DNA of 62,428 nucleotides, the filler included, from a bacterium (lineage in GTDB: Bacteria; JALSQH01): the NCBI GenBank assembly GCA_026985515.1. It is 7 parts of 7 records of this genome, joined end to end, with 100 filler letters (N's around TTAATTAATTAA, not from the genome) between each part and the next. Parts side by side here need not be neighbours in the genome. Positions count along the whole stretch, not along the records: positions 28,738 to 36,825 come from JALSQH010000208.1; positions 36,926 to 44,833 come from JALSQH010000210.1; 5 more parts are not named here. One strand, written 5' to 3'. This document shows positions 30,242-39,389 of this stretch, one piece after another. Below the pieces are notes generated by a model. It did not search any database. It saw only the letters and a list, made by a program, of their open reading frames with translations, and was not told where the DNA came from. The position numbers and the translations under genes were made by a program. Each line of letters opens with the position of its first letter. The first letter of the stretch is position 1.

Positions 30242-32062
30242 ATGAAAAAGATAGGTATATCTTCGACATTGCCCATTGAAGTTCTCTATGCTGCAGAGTA
30301 CAGGGTTTATGATCTCAACAATCTTTTTATAAATTCTCACTTACCTCAGGGTCTTATAGAGTTTGCCCATGAAACCGGTCTGTCTCGAACCACCTGCGGC
30401 TGGACAAAGGGGGTTTTTGCTGCTGCTCTTAAATTCGGATTTGATAAGGTGGTTAATGTTGTGAGTGGTGATTGTTCAAATAATCATGTTATGGGTGAAA
30501 TTTTAAAGAAAAGAGGGGTGGAGGTTATACCTTTTTTCTATCCATATCCCCGGAACAGAGATGATTTAAAAAAGGAAGTGGAAAGTCTTATGCGGAGATT
30601 TGGTGTGACCTGGAGTGATGTGGAGGGTGTCTTTAACAGATTTTCGCGAATAAGGAGCAAGCTCCTTATGCTGGAAAAAATTACGATTGAAGAGGGAAAG
30701 ATCAATGGTAACGAGTTACTGGCATATCTCATTTCCGGAAGTGATATGAGAGGAAATCCTGAATCATTTGAGAAGGAGATTGATTCATTTTTATGTACAG
30801 TTGAGAAAAGGCCATCTTTGAGAAGAAAAATCAGGGCAGGAGTCATAGGCATTCCACCCATGTTCACTGACCTGTTTTCTTTTCTGGAAGAACATGATGT
30901 ACAGGTAGTATACATTGAAACTGCAAAAGAATTCGGGAGAGTAGGGGAATTCAGTGATATCATTGATGTCTACCATACCTACTCATATCCTTATGAGCTT
31001 TCTTACAGACTGGAAAGAATTAAAGACGAGATTAAAAAGAGGGGAATTGATATTCTCATTCATTATGTTCAGTCATTCTGCTTTCACAGAAATGAACATC
31101 TCTTCTTCTCTGAGAATATAAGTATTCCTGTGCTGCGTGTAGAAGGGGATCTTCCCGGTCCCATGGATGAAGCAACTCGTGTGAGGGTTGAATCATTTTT
31201 AAAAAGCGCAGGTTTAAAAAGTGGGGGGGAAAGAAATAACTACACTTACCATGGGGACGGTAAAATCGATATACCTCTGCTCGCAGTAGATGCTGGAAGC
31301 AGGAATGTTAAGATGGCCTTGAAAAAAGGGAAGGATCTTTCATTAAAAGTTGTTGATACAATTGCCTTTATAAAGAAACATATTATGCCTGCTGAAAATG
31401 GTAGAGTGGATCTATCAAGAGTGATTGTGAATTACTTTGATGAGAATGTAAAAAACTTCATTGCACTTGCAACAGGATACGGCAGACATCAGTTAAAATG
31501 GGAGAATGTGAAGGTTATTCCGGAGATAGAAGCTCATTTCTGGGGGGTAAGAAGTGAAATAGATGAAGATGATTTCACGATTCTTGATATGGGAGGACAG
31601 GATACAAAAGTAATAAGAGTCAGAAAAGGAATAATTGATGATTTCATTATGAATGATAAGTGTGCAGCAGGGGGAGGAAGATACCTTGAAAACATGGCAA
31701 GGATACTTGAAATACCTCTGGAGGAGATGGGGAATTACTTTGAGAACCCGGAAAAACTGGATATAACCTGCGCCACATTTGGTGAAACAGAACTTGTGGG
31801 CAAAATGATAAAGGGGGTACCCATTGAAAGGCTGGCTGCAGGTGTAAACTGGTCAGTTTTCAGAAGATCTCTTTACCTTGTTAAAAAGCTTTATTCACCT
31901 GTTCTTGTGCTGTCTGGTGGGGTTGCACTGAACAGAGCAATTGTGAAATATTTTGAAGAAAGCGGTGAATTTGAAAAGGTTATTGTTGTGAGAGAGCCTC
32001 AATTTACAGGGGTAAAAGGACTTATTTTTTATGGAGAAAAGGAACTGGAGAAAATAGTGTGA
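30242..32062 (+). CDS. Fusion of 2-hydroxyacyl-CoA dehydratase (HgdB/FldB-like) and ATP-dependent activase (HgdC/BcrAD-like)
   Basis: N-half: TTCGWTKG, SGDCSN, QSFCFHR, RVEGD; C-half: VDAGSRNVK, ATGYGR, LDMGGQDTK, MNDKCAAGGGRYLE, TCATFGETE, GGVA. Confidence 0.88.
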   Translation: MKKIGISSTLPIEVLYAAEYRVYDLNNLFINSHLPQGLIEFAHETGLSRTTCGWTKGVFAAALKFGFDKVVNVVSGDCSNNHVMGEILKKRGVEVIPFFYPYPRNRDDLKKEVESLMRRFGVTWSDVEGVFNRFSRIRSKLLMLEKITIEEGKINGNELLAYLISGSDMRGNPESFEKEIDSFLCTVEKRPSLRRKIRAGVIGIPPMFTDLFSFLEEHDVQVVYIETAKEFGRVGEFSDIIDVYHTYSYPYELSYRLERIKDEIKKRGIDILIHYVQSFCFHRNEHLFFSENISIPVLRVEGDLPGPMDEATRVRVESFLKSAGLKSGGERNNYTYHGDGKIDIPLLAVDAGSRNVKMALKKGKDLSLKVVDTIAFIKKHIMPAENGRVDLSRVIVNYFDENVKNFIALATGYGRHQLKWENVKVIPEIEAHFWGVRSEIDEDDFTILDMGGQDTKVIRVRKGIIDDFIMNDKCAAGGGRYLENMARILEIPLEEMGNYFENPEKLDITCATFGETELVGKMIKGVPIERLAAGVNWSVFRRSLYLVKKLYSPVLVLSGGVALNRAIVKYFEESGEFEKVIVVREPQFTGVKGLIFYGEKELEKIV

Positions 32063-33042
32063 AAGGAATTGGACTATTATCAGGTGGTCTTGATAGTGCC
32101 ATTGCCGTTTATTTGATGAAGGAGCAGGGAGTGGATATTGTGGGAATCAACATCGATACAGGTTTTATCTCCGAGGATCTTGAAAAACTTGAGAAATTAT
32201 CAGAGAGATTTAACTTCAGGGTAGAAAGGATTGATGTTTTTGAAGAGTATAAAAAAATTCTTGACAATCCACGATTTGGTTTTGGTAAGAATATGAACCC
32301 CTGTATCGATTGCAGAATACTGATGTACAGGGTGGCAAAGAAGAAGATGCAGGAGGAAAAGGCGGATTTCATTTTTACAGGTGAAGTACTGGGGCAGAGG
32401 CCCTTTTCTCAGACCCTGTATGCAGTGAAGCAGATTGAAGAAAAGAGTGACACTGCTGGCATGGTGATCAGACCCCTTTCAGCTTTTTATTTCAGACCCA
32501 CGGGTGTGGAATTGTCTGGCAGGATTAACAGAAGTAAATTCCTTTCTATCAAAGGACGGAACAGGAAAGTACAGCTTAAACTTGCAGAATTGTGGAAACT
32601 GAATGAGTTCAATTCACCTTCAGGTGGGTGTCTTCTCACCGATCCAGGTTTTTCCCGGAAGCTGAAGGAGTGGATAAGGATTGCAGGTGGGGCAACCAAT
32701 CTGACACGGGAGATGGTTGAAATTATGAAAATTGGAAGGCACATCAAACTATCAGACAGATCTATTCTTGTGGTGGGGAGAAACAGATCAGAAAATAGCA
32801 GGTTAGAAGAGATGTCAGGAAATTATGTAACGCTTAAGACCATGGAATTTCCGGGACCCACTGCCATTATTTTTGGTGATCTGACGGAGAGAGAAATCCG
32901 TCATGCTTCTGAAATTGTGGCAAGATACAGTGATGCGCCTGCGGGAGGAGAAGTTAGAGTGAAAGTGATGGACCAAGAAGGTAAAAACAGTTTTGTTAGA
33001 ATAAAAGTGGATAAAAAATTGAAATACAGTATTATAACCTGA
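32059..33042 (+). CDS. PP-loop tRNA thiolase-like protein (ThiI/MnmA-like, no THUMP) with DUF814-like C-terminus
   Basis: LSGGLDS, NPCIDCR, TGEVLGQRPFSQ, RPLSA, GGCLLTDP, GRH, VGRN. Confidence 0.85.
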   Translation: MKGIGLLSGGLDSAIAVYLMKEQGVDIVGINIDTGFISEDLEKLEKLSERFNFRVERIDVFEEYKKILDNPRFGFGKNMNPCIDCRILMYRVAKKKMQEEKADFIFTGEVLGQRPFSQTLYAVKQIEEKSDTAGMVIRPLSAFYFRPTGVELSGRINRSKFLSIKGRNRKVQLKLAELWKLNEFNSPSGGCLLTDPGFSRKLKEWIRIAGGATNLTREMVEIMKIGRHIKLSDRSILVVGRNRSENSRLEEMSGNYVTLKTMEFPGPTAIIFGDLTEREIRHASEIVARYSDAPAGGEVRVKVMDQEGKNSFVRIKVDKKLKYSIIT

Positions 33043-33057
33043 CAAAAGGGGGATGTT

Positions 33058-33363
33058 ATGGAAAAAATTACAGAGGAAAAAGTCCTTGAAGTTTTAAAGG
33101 GTGTTATTGATCCAGAAATTGGTATGGATGTGGTGAATCTTGGTCTTGTGTATGATGTGCAGATCACAGATGATAATGTCGTGAAGGTAAAAATGACAAT
33201 GACTGTGCCAGGTTGCCCACTTCAGAACCAGATTCTGATGGCGGCAGAACAGGCTATACTTTCAATACCTGGTGTTAAAGATGCCATTGTGGAACTGGTA
33301 TGGGAGCCTCCATGGAATCCAAATATGATGTCTGAGGAAGCAAAGAAGAGGCTGGGTTATTGA
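33058..33363 (+). CDS. DUF59/SufT metal-sulfur cluster assembly factor
   Basis: VIDPEIGMDVVNLGLVY, TMTVPGCP, VWEPPW. Confidence 0.92.
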   Translation: MEKITEEKVLEVLKGVIDPEIGMDVVNLGLVYDVQITDDNVVKVKMTMTVPGCPLQNQILMAAEQAILSIPGVKDAIVELVWEPPWNPNMMSEEAKKRLGY

Positions 33364-33393
33364 GTTCTTAAAAATTAAAAAAAGGAGTCTGAA

Positions 33394-34452
33394 ATGGAAG
33401 AAAGAATTTTAGAAGTGCTGAGAAAGGTCAAGTATCCTGGTTATTCAAGGGACATAGTCTCTTTTGGAATGGTTAAATCAATTAATTATGACAATGGAAG
33501 GCTCGAACTGGAAATTGAAGTTGTAACAAAGGATCCTGAAGTCCCCAAAAAGCTTGAGGAATCCATTACAAATGTAATCTATCAGGAATTGAGAAATGAG
33601 GTAAAGGAACTTGATCTCAAAATAAATCTCGCAAAGGGAGAACCAACCAGGGGGAAAGAGGCTGAGAATCCATTCATTGGACAGTCTGCCATACCGGGTG
33701 TCAAATATCTTATTGCAGTTGCCTCAGGTAAGGGTGGAGTTGGCAAAACTTTTGTGGCAGTTAATCTTGCTGCCGCCCTACACAAACTTGGACATAAGGT
33801 TGGAATAATGGATGCGGATGTGTATGGTCCAAATGTACCTCTTATGCTGGGCCTTGTTGGGGAAAGACCCCGTGCTACAGAGGACAAGAAAATCTATCCC
33901 ATCGAAAAGGATGGTATGAAAGTTATTTCGATGGGATTTTTTGTTGAGGAAGGAGTTCCAATAATCTGGAGGGGACCTCTTGTAAATAAGTTGCTGGAGC
34001 AGTTTATAAATGATGTAATATGGGGTGAACTTGATTTCCTGATAGTTGATATGCCTCCAGGAACCGGTGATGTCCAGCTTACAATGGCACAGAAATCAAA
34101 GTTAAATGGAGCAATAATGGTTACAACGCCACAGGATATTGCTCTCAGCGATGTTCTGAGAGGCGAGGAGATGTTTAAAAAGGTAAATGTGCCAGTTCTT
34201 GGTGTTGTGGAAAATATGAGTTACTTTGTGTGTCCACACTGTGGAAAGAAAACTGATATTTTCAGCCATGGGGGTGCCAAAAAACTTGCTGAGAAGGCTG
34301 GCATAGACCTCCTGGGTGAATTACCACTTGATCCCACATTGAGAGAATTCAGCGACGAGGGTAAACCTATTGTTCTTGTGGATCCTGAGCATCCTGTAGC
34401 GAAAACATTTTTTGAGATAGCTGAAAAGGTTTACAAAAAGTTATCGGGATAG
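33394..34452 (+). CDS. mrp: Mrp/ApbC/NBP35 Fe-S cluster carrier ATPase
   Basis: VASGKGGVGK, DADVYGP, IWRGP, DMPPGTGD, ENMSYFVCPHC. Confidence 0.94.
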   Translation: MEERILEVLRKVKYPGYSRDIVSFGMVKSINYDNGRLELEIEVVTKDPEVPKKLEESITNVIYQELRNEVKELDLKINLAKGEPTRGKEAENPFIGQSAIPGVKYLIAVASGKGGVGKTFVAVNLAAALHKLGHKVGIMDADVYGPNVPLMLGLVGERPRATEDKKIYPIEKDGMKVISMGFFVEEGVPIIWRGPLVNKLLEQFINDVIWGELDFLIVDMPPGTGDVQLTMAQKSKLNGAIMVTTPQDIALSDVLRGEEMFKKVNVPVLGVVENMSYFVCPHCGKKTDIFSHGGAKKLAEKAGIDLLGELPLDPTLREFSDEGKPIVLVDPEHPVAKTFFEIAEKVYKKLSG

Positions 34453-34471
34453 TAAAATAAACAAAGGAAAA

Positions 34472-35890
34472 ATGCTTAAAGGAAATCTTTTAAAAACTGA
34501 TTTTCCGGAAATACTCATGAGAATATATGAATCAAAGCTAACGGGAGAATTGCAGGTTGAGAATGGCAACATAAGAAAGGTGGTTTTTTTTCTTGGAGGA
34601 CATCCGGTTTTTGCAAGATCCAACGCTGTTGAGGATAGGATTGGAAGATTAATTTATGAAAGTGGAAAAGTTTCTAAAGAGAAGCTGGAGGAAGCCCTCA
34701 GACTTGCAAAAAAGTACAACAAAAAGGTTGGACTTGTGCTGGTTAAAATGAATATTCTTACTGCTGGAGAATTGTATGAACTTGTTATACAACAGGTAAG
34801 AAAGATAATTGATTCGCTCTTTCAGTGGGAGTCAGGGAGGTATATTTTTACTGAGAGATCATCTCTTCCACAGGAGGTAATAACCCTTGAAGAGAATCCG
34901 GCAAGTATTATTTTTAATGGTATTATCAGAAACTACACTGAAGAAAGAGTAATCAAGAGGCTTGGCACACTGAATGCTGTTTTCAAAAAAATAAAGAGTC
35001 CATTTTTCAAACTACCCTCTCTTCCTTTAACGGAATCTGGCATTGAAATTCTACAAGCCATTGATGGTAAGAAGAATCTGAAAACACTTATAAAAGAACT
35101 GCCTTATTCCAGAAAGGAAATTTTGACGACTGTTTATGCTCTGATGGTTCTGAAATTTATTGAACCTGTGGAGATGCTTGAAACTGCTGAGGATCTATAC
35201 AGAAAGGAAAGACTTGTTGAAATTCTGAATAAATTTGAATCCACCAACCTGTTTCAATGGCTCGGAGTAACTCCAGATGCTACAAGGGAAGAAATAATAG
35301 AAGCTTACTCAAGGCTGTCACGTAAATTTGGAAAAGAGTTTCTTCCTGCATTTATTTCTGAAGAAGTCGCAGATCTCTGTGAGAAAATTTTTGAAAAGAT
35401 AACAGAAGCATATTCATTTTTAGTGGATGAAGATTTAAAAAAATATTACGCAGGTCTCATAAAAAGCGGAGTAAGTACAGAAAAAGCTTTGAATCTTCTA
35501 AAGAAAAAATACGCCCGACAGCTCTTTGAGGAGGGAAAAGAGCTGTACAGGAACAACAAACTTCACGAAGCACATAGAAAGTTTATGGAAGCCATAAAGT
35601 ATGACCCCACTGAGGCGGATTACTACACTGCTGTTGCACTTACCGATCTCACCGATATAGAAGGGTATGAACCTGACTTTGATGAAGCTGAGAGGATGCT
35701 GAAAGAAGCACTAAATCTCCAGATGCACCAGCCCCGCAATTACTTCTACCTTGGTCAGATGTATAAACATCTTGGAAATTATATTCTTGCCAAAAAGTAT
35801 CTTACCCAGGCTCTTGAAGTGGACCCTAACTACGTTTATGCCAAAAAGGCACTTGAAGAGGTGAAGAAACTCGAGAAAATGAGGGGATAA
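34472..35890 (+). CDS. DUF4388 + degenerate J-domain + TPR protein
   Basis: N-terminal KGNL..TDFPEIL...TGEL, LFQWESGRY; LGVTPDATREEIIEAY; C-terminal TPRs. Confidence 0.8.
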   Translation: MLKGNLLKTDFPEILMRIYESKLTGELQVENGNIRKVVFFLGGHPVFARSNAVEDRIGRLIYESGKVSKEKLEEALRLAKKYNKKVGLVLVKMNILTAGELYELVIQQVRKIIDSLFQWESGRYIFTERSSLPQEVITLEENPASIIFNGIIRNYTEERVIKRLGTLNAVFKKIKSPFFKLPSLPLTESGIEILQAIDGKKNLKTLIKELPYSRKEILTTVYALMVLKFIEPVEMLETAEDLYRKERLVEILNKFESTNLFQWLGVTPDATREEIIEAYSRLSRKFGKEFLPAFISEEVADLCEKIFEKITEAYSFLVDEDLKKYYAGLIKSGVSTEKALNLLKKKYARQLFEEGKELYRNNKLHEAHRKFMEAIKYDPTEADYYTAVALTDLTDIEGYEPDFDEAERMLKEALNLQMHQPRNYFYLGQMYKHLGNYILAKKYLTQALEVDPNYVYAKKALEEVKKLEKMRG

Positions 35891-35891
35891 A

Positions 35892-36434
35892 ATGAGTGTG
35901 AGAGAAATTAAAATTTTTCCAGATAAGATATTGAGACAGGAAGCAAGAGAAATTGAAAACATAGATTCATCCATCAATGATCTTGCGAGGGATATGCTTG
36001 AAACAATGTATAAAGCTCCTGGTATTGGTCTTGCTGCCAATCAGGTGGGGGTTGATTTAAGATTAATAGTGGTTGATGTTGCTCCCAGAGAGGATAGGGG
36101 AAAGAACCCAATTATCCTTGTTAATCCTGTTATTGTGGAGAGGGAAGGGGAGATAGTCTGGGAGGAAGGCTGTCTCAGTGTACCCGGGATGAATGCAGAG
36201 GTTGAGAGAAATTACAGAGTTCTGGTTAAGGGTTTCGATTTAAATGAGAGGGAAGTTACTATTGAAGGTGAGGAATTGCTTGCGGTTGTGCTCCAGCATG
36301 AAATAGATCATTTAAATGGTGTCCTTTATTTTGACCAACTCAGCAGACTGAAAAAGGAATTTTTTCTGAAAAGTTACAGGAAGTATCTCAGAGAGCATGT
36401 TGACACTGAAAAATCCAAAAGGATCAGGGTGTGA
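35892..36434 (+). CDS. def: Peptide deformylase
   Basis: GIGLAANQVG, EGCLS, QHEIDHL. Confidence 0.97.
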   Translation: MSVREIKIFPDKILRQEAREIENIDSSINDLARDMLETMYKAPGIGLAANQVGVDLRLIVVDVAPREDRGKNPIILVNPVIVEREGEIVWEEGCLSVPGMNAEVERNYRVLVKGFDLNEREVTIEGEELLAVVLQHEIDHLNGVLYFDQLSRLKKEFFLKSYRKYLREHVDTEKSKRIRV

Positions 36435-36825
36435 CCTATCATTTAAGTTTTAATCAGAGGTTTTTTGAGATACTTGCAAAAGCCTATCTTGATTCTTTCA
36501 ATGGGACTCTTTCTGCATCAAGAGGAGATACGAGGAAAAGTGTTTCCCTTATGTTTGGAAAAATTATAAGTGCATCTTCCAATGCAAAAATAGATAGACT
36601 GGAACTCTGGTTTTACAAGAAGAAGTTTCTCTCAAAAGATGAAATAGCAAAATTCTCCCAACTTGCGAGAAAAAAGAAAATAAGCTTCTGGAAAGCCATT
36701 GTACTATCAAAAAGATTCTCTGATCAGCAGTTATCAGAATTGATTACCGAGAGGATAGTTGAAATTCTATATGACCTTTTTACATGGACCGAGGGGACAG
36801 TTGAAGTTCTTGAAGGCGAATACAC
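36431..36825 (+). CDS. DUF4388 domain protein (3' truncated by linker)
   Basis: NGTL...KSV.L..G.I..ASSN...DRL and LFTWTEG parallel the DUF4388 of 34472. Confidence 0.7.
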
Positions 36826-36925
36826 NNNNNNNNNNNNNNNNNNNNNNNNNNNNNNNNNNNNNNNNNNNNTTAATTAATTAANNNNNNNNNNNNNNNNNNN
36901 NNNNNNNNNNNNNNNNNNNNNNNNN
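36826..36925. other. Artificial contig linker
   Basis: 44 N + TTAATTAATTAA + 44 N. Confidence 0.98.
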
Positions 36926-37380
36926 CCTCAATGGCTGAATCTTTTAATGAGGAAAGGGTTAATATCCATAACAGCGATATACTTGACTATGTGAAAGATT
37001 GTGAGAATTCTTATGATGTCATAATTCTTGACACATCTGACCCTGTTGGGCCTGCTGAAGGTCTTTATTCGAGTGAGTTCTATTCTCAGCTTAAAAGGTG
37101 CCTGAGCAAAGGGGGAATTGTGGCAATTCAGAGTGAATCACCATGGTGGCATGAGGATATTATTTCAACTCTTTCAAGAATTTTAAAAAGTGTCTTCGGG
37201 AAAACCATTTTTTACACTGCACCTGTTCTCTCATATCCAGGTGGATTGTGGCTTTTCGCCATAACGGGGGATGAATTTGATCTCACACCAAAGAGAAGTT
37301 TACCCGAAGGCCTGAGATTCATAAAGGAAGATTTTCTCAAAAATCGTTATCTGCCCCCTTTTATTGAGAAGATGCTTTAA
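36926..37380 (+). CDS. speE: Polyamine aminopropyltransferase (spermidine synthase), 5' truncated
   Basis: YDVIILDTSDPVGPAEGL, QSESP, YPGGLW. Confidence 0.88.
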
Positions 37381-38579
37381 ACTATTTCTGTAAATTTCAT
37401 CTGGTGTGTCCAGCTTCCGTAGAGGAGACCTCTTCTTGCCATTTCTCCCAGTTTTCTGATATACTTCTTTGGCCATATAACCGGTTTTTCATTTTCCCAG
37501 GGCGTACCGGGTAGTGGCATGAAGTAATGACCATGGATTTTTGCTCCCATTTCAATGAGTTTCTCCATCAGCTCAATAGTGGCCTCAATGTCCTCTTCTT
37601 CCTCCCCGGGATTGCCAAATATAAAGTCAACATTGGCAGTCAGGCCATTGTCAACTATTATTTTTACCGCCCTTATCACATCTTCAACGGTGTGGGCCCT
37701 TTTCATTTTTTTAAGAATTCTGTTGCTCCCACTCTGGGCTCCCACCACAATGTTGTCGTTGGCACAGAACTTTTTAACTGTTTCCACCTTTTCTGGTGTT
37801 ACATAGTCGGGTCTTACCTCTGATGGAAAAGAACCAATAAAAAGTCTTCCCTTCCCCCTCACGGCTCTGTAGAGCATTTTTACCATTGATACAAATGGTA
37901 ACCAGTCATTCGGGGAAGAATCAAGGTATCCAAAGGCGTTGGGTGTGATGAATCTGAAGTCCTTTTTTCCTATCTCAAGATAAAATTTCACTATTCTTTC
38001 AAGATCCTCCATTGATCTGTGCCTTGGTCTTCTCCCCATGAGAACCGGTGTCTGACAGTACTGACAGAGGTAGGGGCAACCCCTTGTTACTTCTATTGAA
38101 GGGAAGATACGATGTCTGATGGAAAAACCTGGTGATTGATCCAGGGAGGTAAGGCGATGCTGCTCGTTGCACTTCACATTTCCATTGATTTTGTAACATA
38201 TACCAGGTACTTCCTCTATTTCTCTTTTCCCCTGCAAAAGTTCAATAATTCCTGTAAAGCTTTCCTCCCCCTCACCGGTGGCGACAATGTCAAAACCTGA
38301 ATCAAGGAGTTCTTTCCATCTTCCTGCAGGGTGGGGTCCCCCTGCAATGAGCATTGATACTTTCCCTTTCACCTCTTCAATCAGAGTTTTTATTTCTTTC
38401 CATCTGATTGAAAGAAAAGAGATGGCGAGAACTTCTCCCTCATAAGTTTCAGGTTTCTGTTTATTTTTCAGAATAACTGGAGTTACGGGATAATCTATCC
38501 CCTTTTCTTCAAGATAACCCAGGAGTGTGGCAATTGCCTTTCTGCTTTCCCTGAAACCGGCGATTTTTACTGGTATCAT
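37377..38579 (-). CDS. B12-binding domain/radical SAM protein (TIGR04013-like)
   Basis: IAGGPHP, GEGE, EVTRGCPYLCQYCQTP, FITPNAFGY, FPSEVRP, GAQSGS, H.FMPLPGTP. Confidence 0.88.
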   Translation of the reverse strand: MIPVKIAGFRESRKAIATLLGYLEEKGIDYPVTPVILKNKQKPETYEGEVLAISFLSIRWKEIKTLIEEVKGKVSMLIAGGPHPAGRWKELLDSGFDIVATGEGEESFTGIIELLQGKREIEEVPGICYKINGNVKCNEQHRLTSLDQSPGFSIRHRIFPSIEVTRGCPYLCQYCQTPVLMGRRPRHRSMEDLERIVKFYLEIGKKDFRFITPNAFGYLDSSPNDWLPFVSMVKMLYRAVRGKGRLFIGSFPSEVRPDYVTPEKVETVKKFCANDNIVVGAQSGSNRILKKMKRAHTVEDVIRAVKIIVDNGLTANVDFIFGNPGEEEEDIEATIELMEKLIEMGAKIHGHYFMPLPGTPWENEKPVIWPKKYIRKLGEMARRGLLYGSWTHQMKFTEIV

Positions 38580-38671
38580 ACACTTATTTTTACCACATAT
38601 CCGGGATGAAGTCACACGTATAAAGTTGCATCATGCAAAAGAAAAGATGATTACTGGATGCTACCGGCTGT

Positions 38672-39256
38672 TTACTCCCAGATAACCTCTATTTCAGCAT
38701 AAGGGATGCCGTTTTCCCATTTTCCCCAACCGAGCCTCACAAATTCGGCCTTTTTTGCTCCAGCCTGCTCAAGTAACTGGAGAGCCCAGCCAATTCCCCT
38801 CTGGGCAATTACCCACAGTGTTTCATGATCTTCCTTTGCAAAGGGAACCCCAACTCTGAAAATCCCCCTGTTTTCAGTTACCAGGACCGTCTCCCCGATA
38901 CCACCTGCAAAGATTTTTGGCATCACTGCCGAGGGAACATATTTGATAACATCCCTGGGAGTTTCAAGTTTTCGCCCGATCAGGTCCCTGTATAGCTGGA
39001 AAACGGAAATTGAGGAGGACCTTCTTCCAAGTTCCCTTATGAAGCTTCCCTCTCCATCTCCAAAAAGAAAATCTGCCACCTTGTTGGCTTCCTTGTAAAT
39101 CTCCTTTGAATACAGGGAACTCGGTAAGATCAGACCTTCCATAACCTTTCGAGTTTCATCTGAGAGAAGTCTCAGGTAGCTCTGCCAGCCTTTGTCACCA
39201 AACTTTTCCTTTATTACTTCCTGAATAACCTTTAAATTTGTTCCTTTTACATGCAT
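38672..39256 (-). CDS. Hypothetical protein (DUF2378/V4R/H-NOX-like fold suspected); paralog of 49454..50050
   Basis: GGAG RBS; VKG start, E.GR motif, C-terminal GKWENGIPYAEIEVIWE. Confidence 0.6.
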   Translation of the reverse strand: MHVKGTNLKVIQEVIKEKFGDKGWQSYLRLLSDETRKVMEGLILPSSLYSKEIYKEANKVADFLFGDGEGSFIRELGRRSSSISVFQLYRDLIGRKLETPRDVIKYVPSAVMPKIFAGGIGETVLVTENRGIFRVGVPFAKEDHETLWVIAQRGIGWALQLLEQAGAKKAEFVRLGWGKWENGIPYAEIEVIWE

Positions 39257-39319
39257 TCTCCCACACCTCCAATTTCATTATATCACCTTTTTTACCAAAT
39301 GGGAAATTGATGGATAAAA

Positions 39320-39369
39320 TTGACTTAAATGTCAAGTTCTTGACTTAGTCCACAATTTTGTTCTAAGAT
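39320..39369 (+). promoter_or_regulatory. Promoter and inverted-repeat operator upstream of the acyl-CoA synthetase
   Basis: TTGAC-N6-GTCAA at 39320-39335; TTGACT(39340)-N18-TAAGAT(39364). Confidence 0.5.
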
Positions 39370-39389
39370 GTAGAAAAAGGGAGGGAAAT

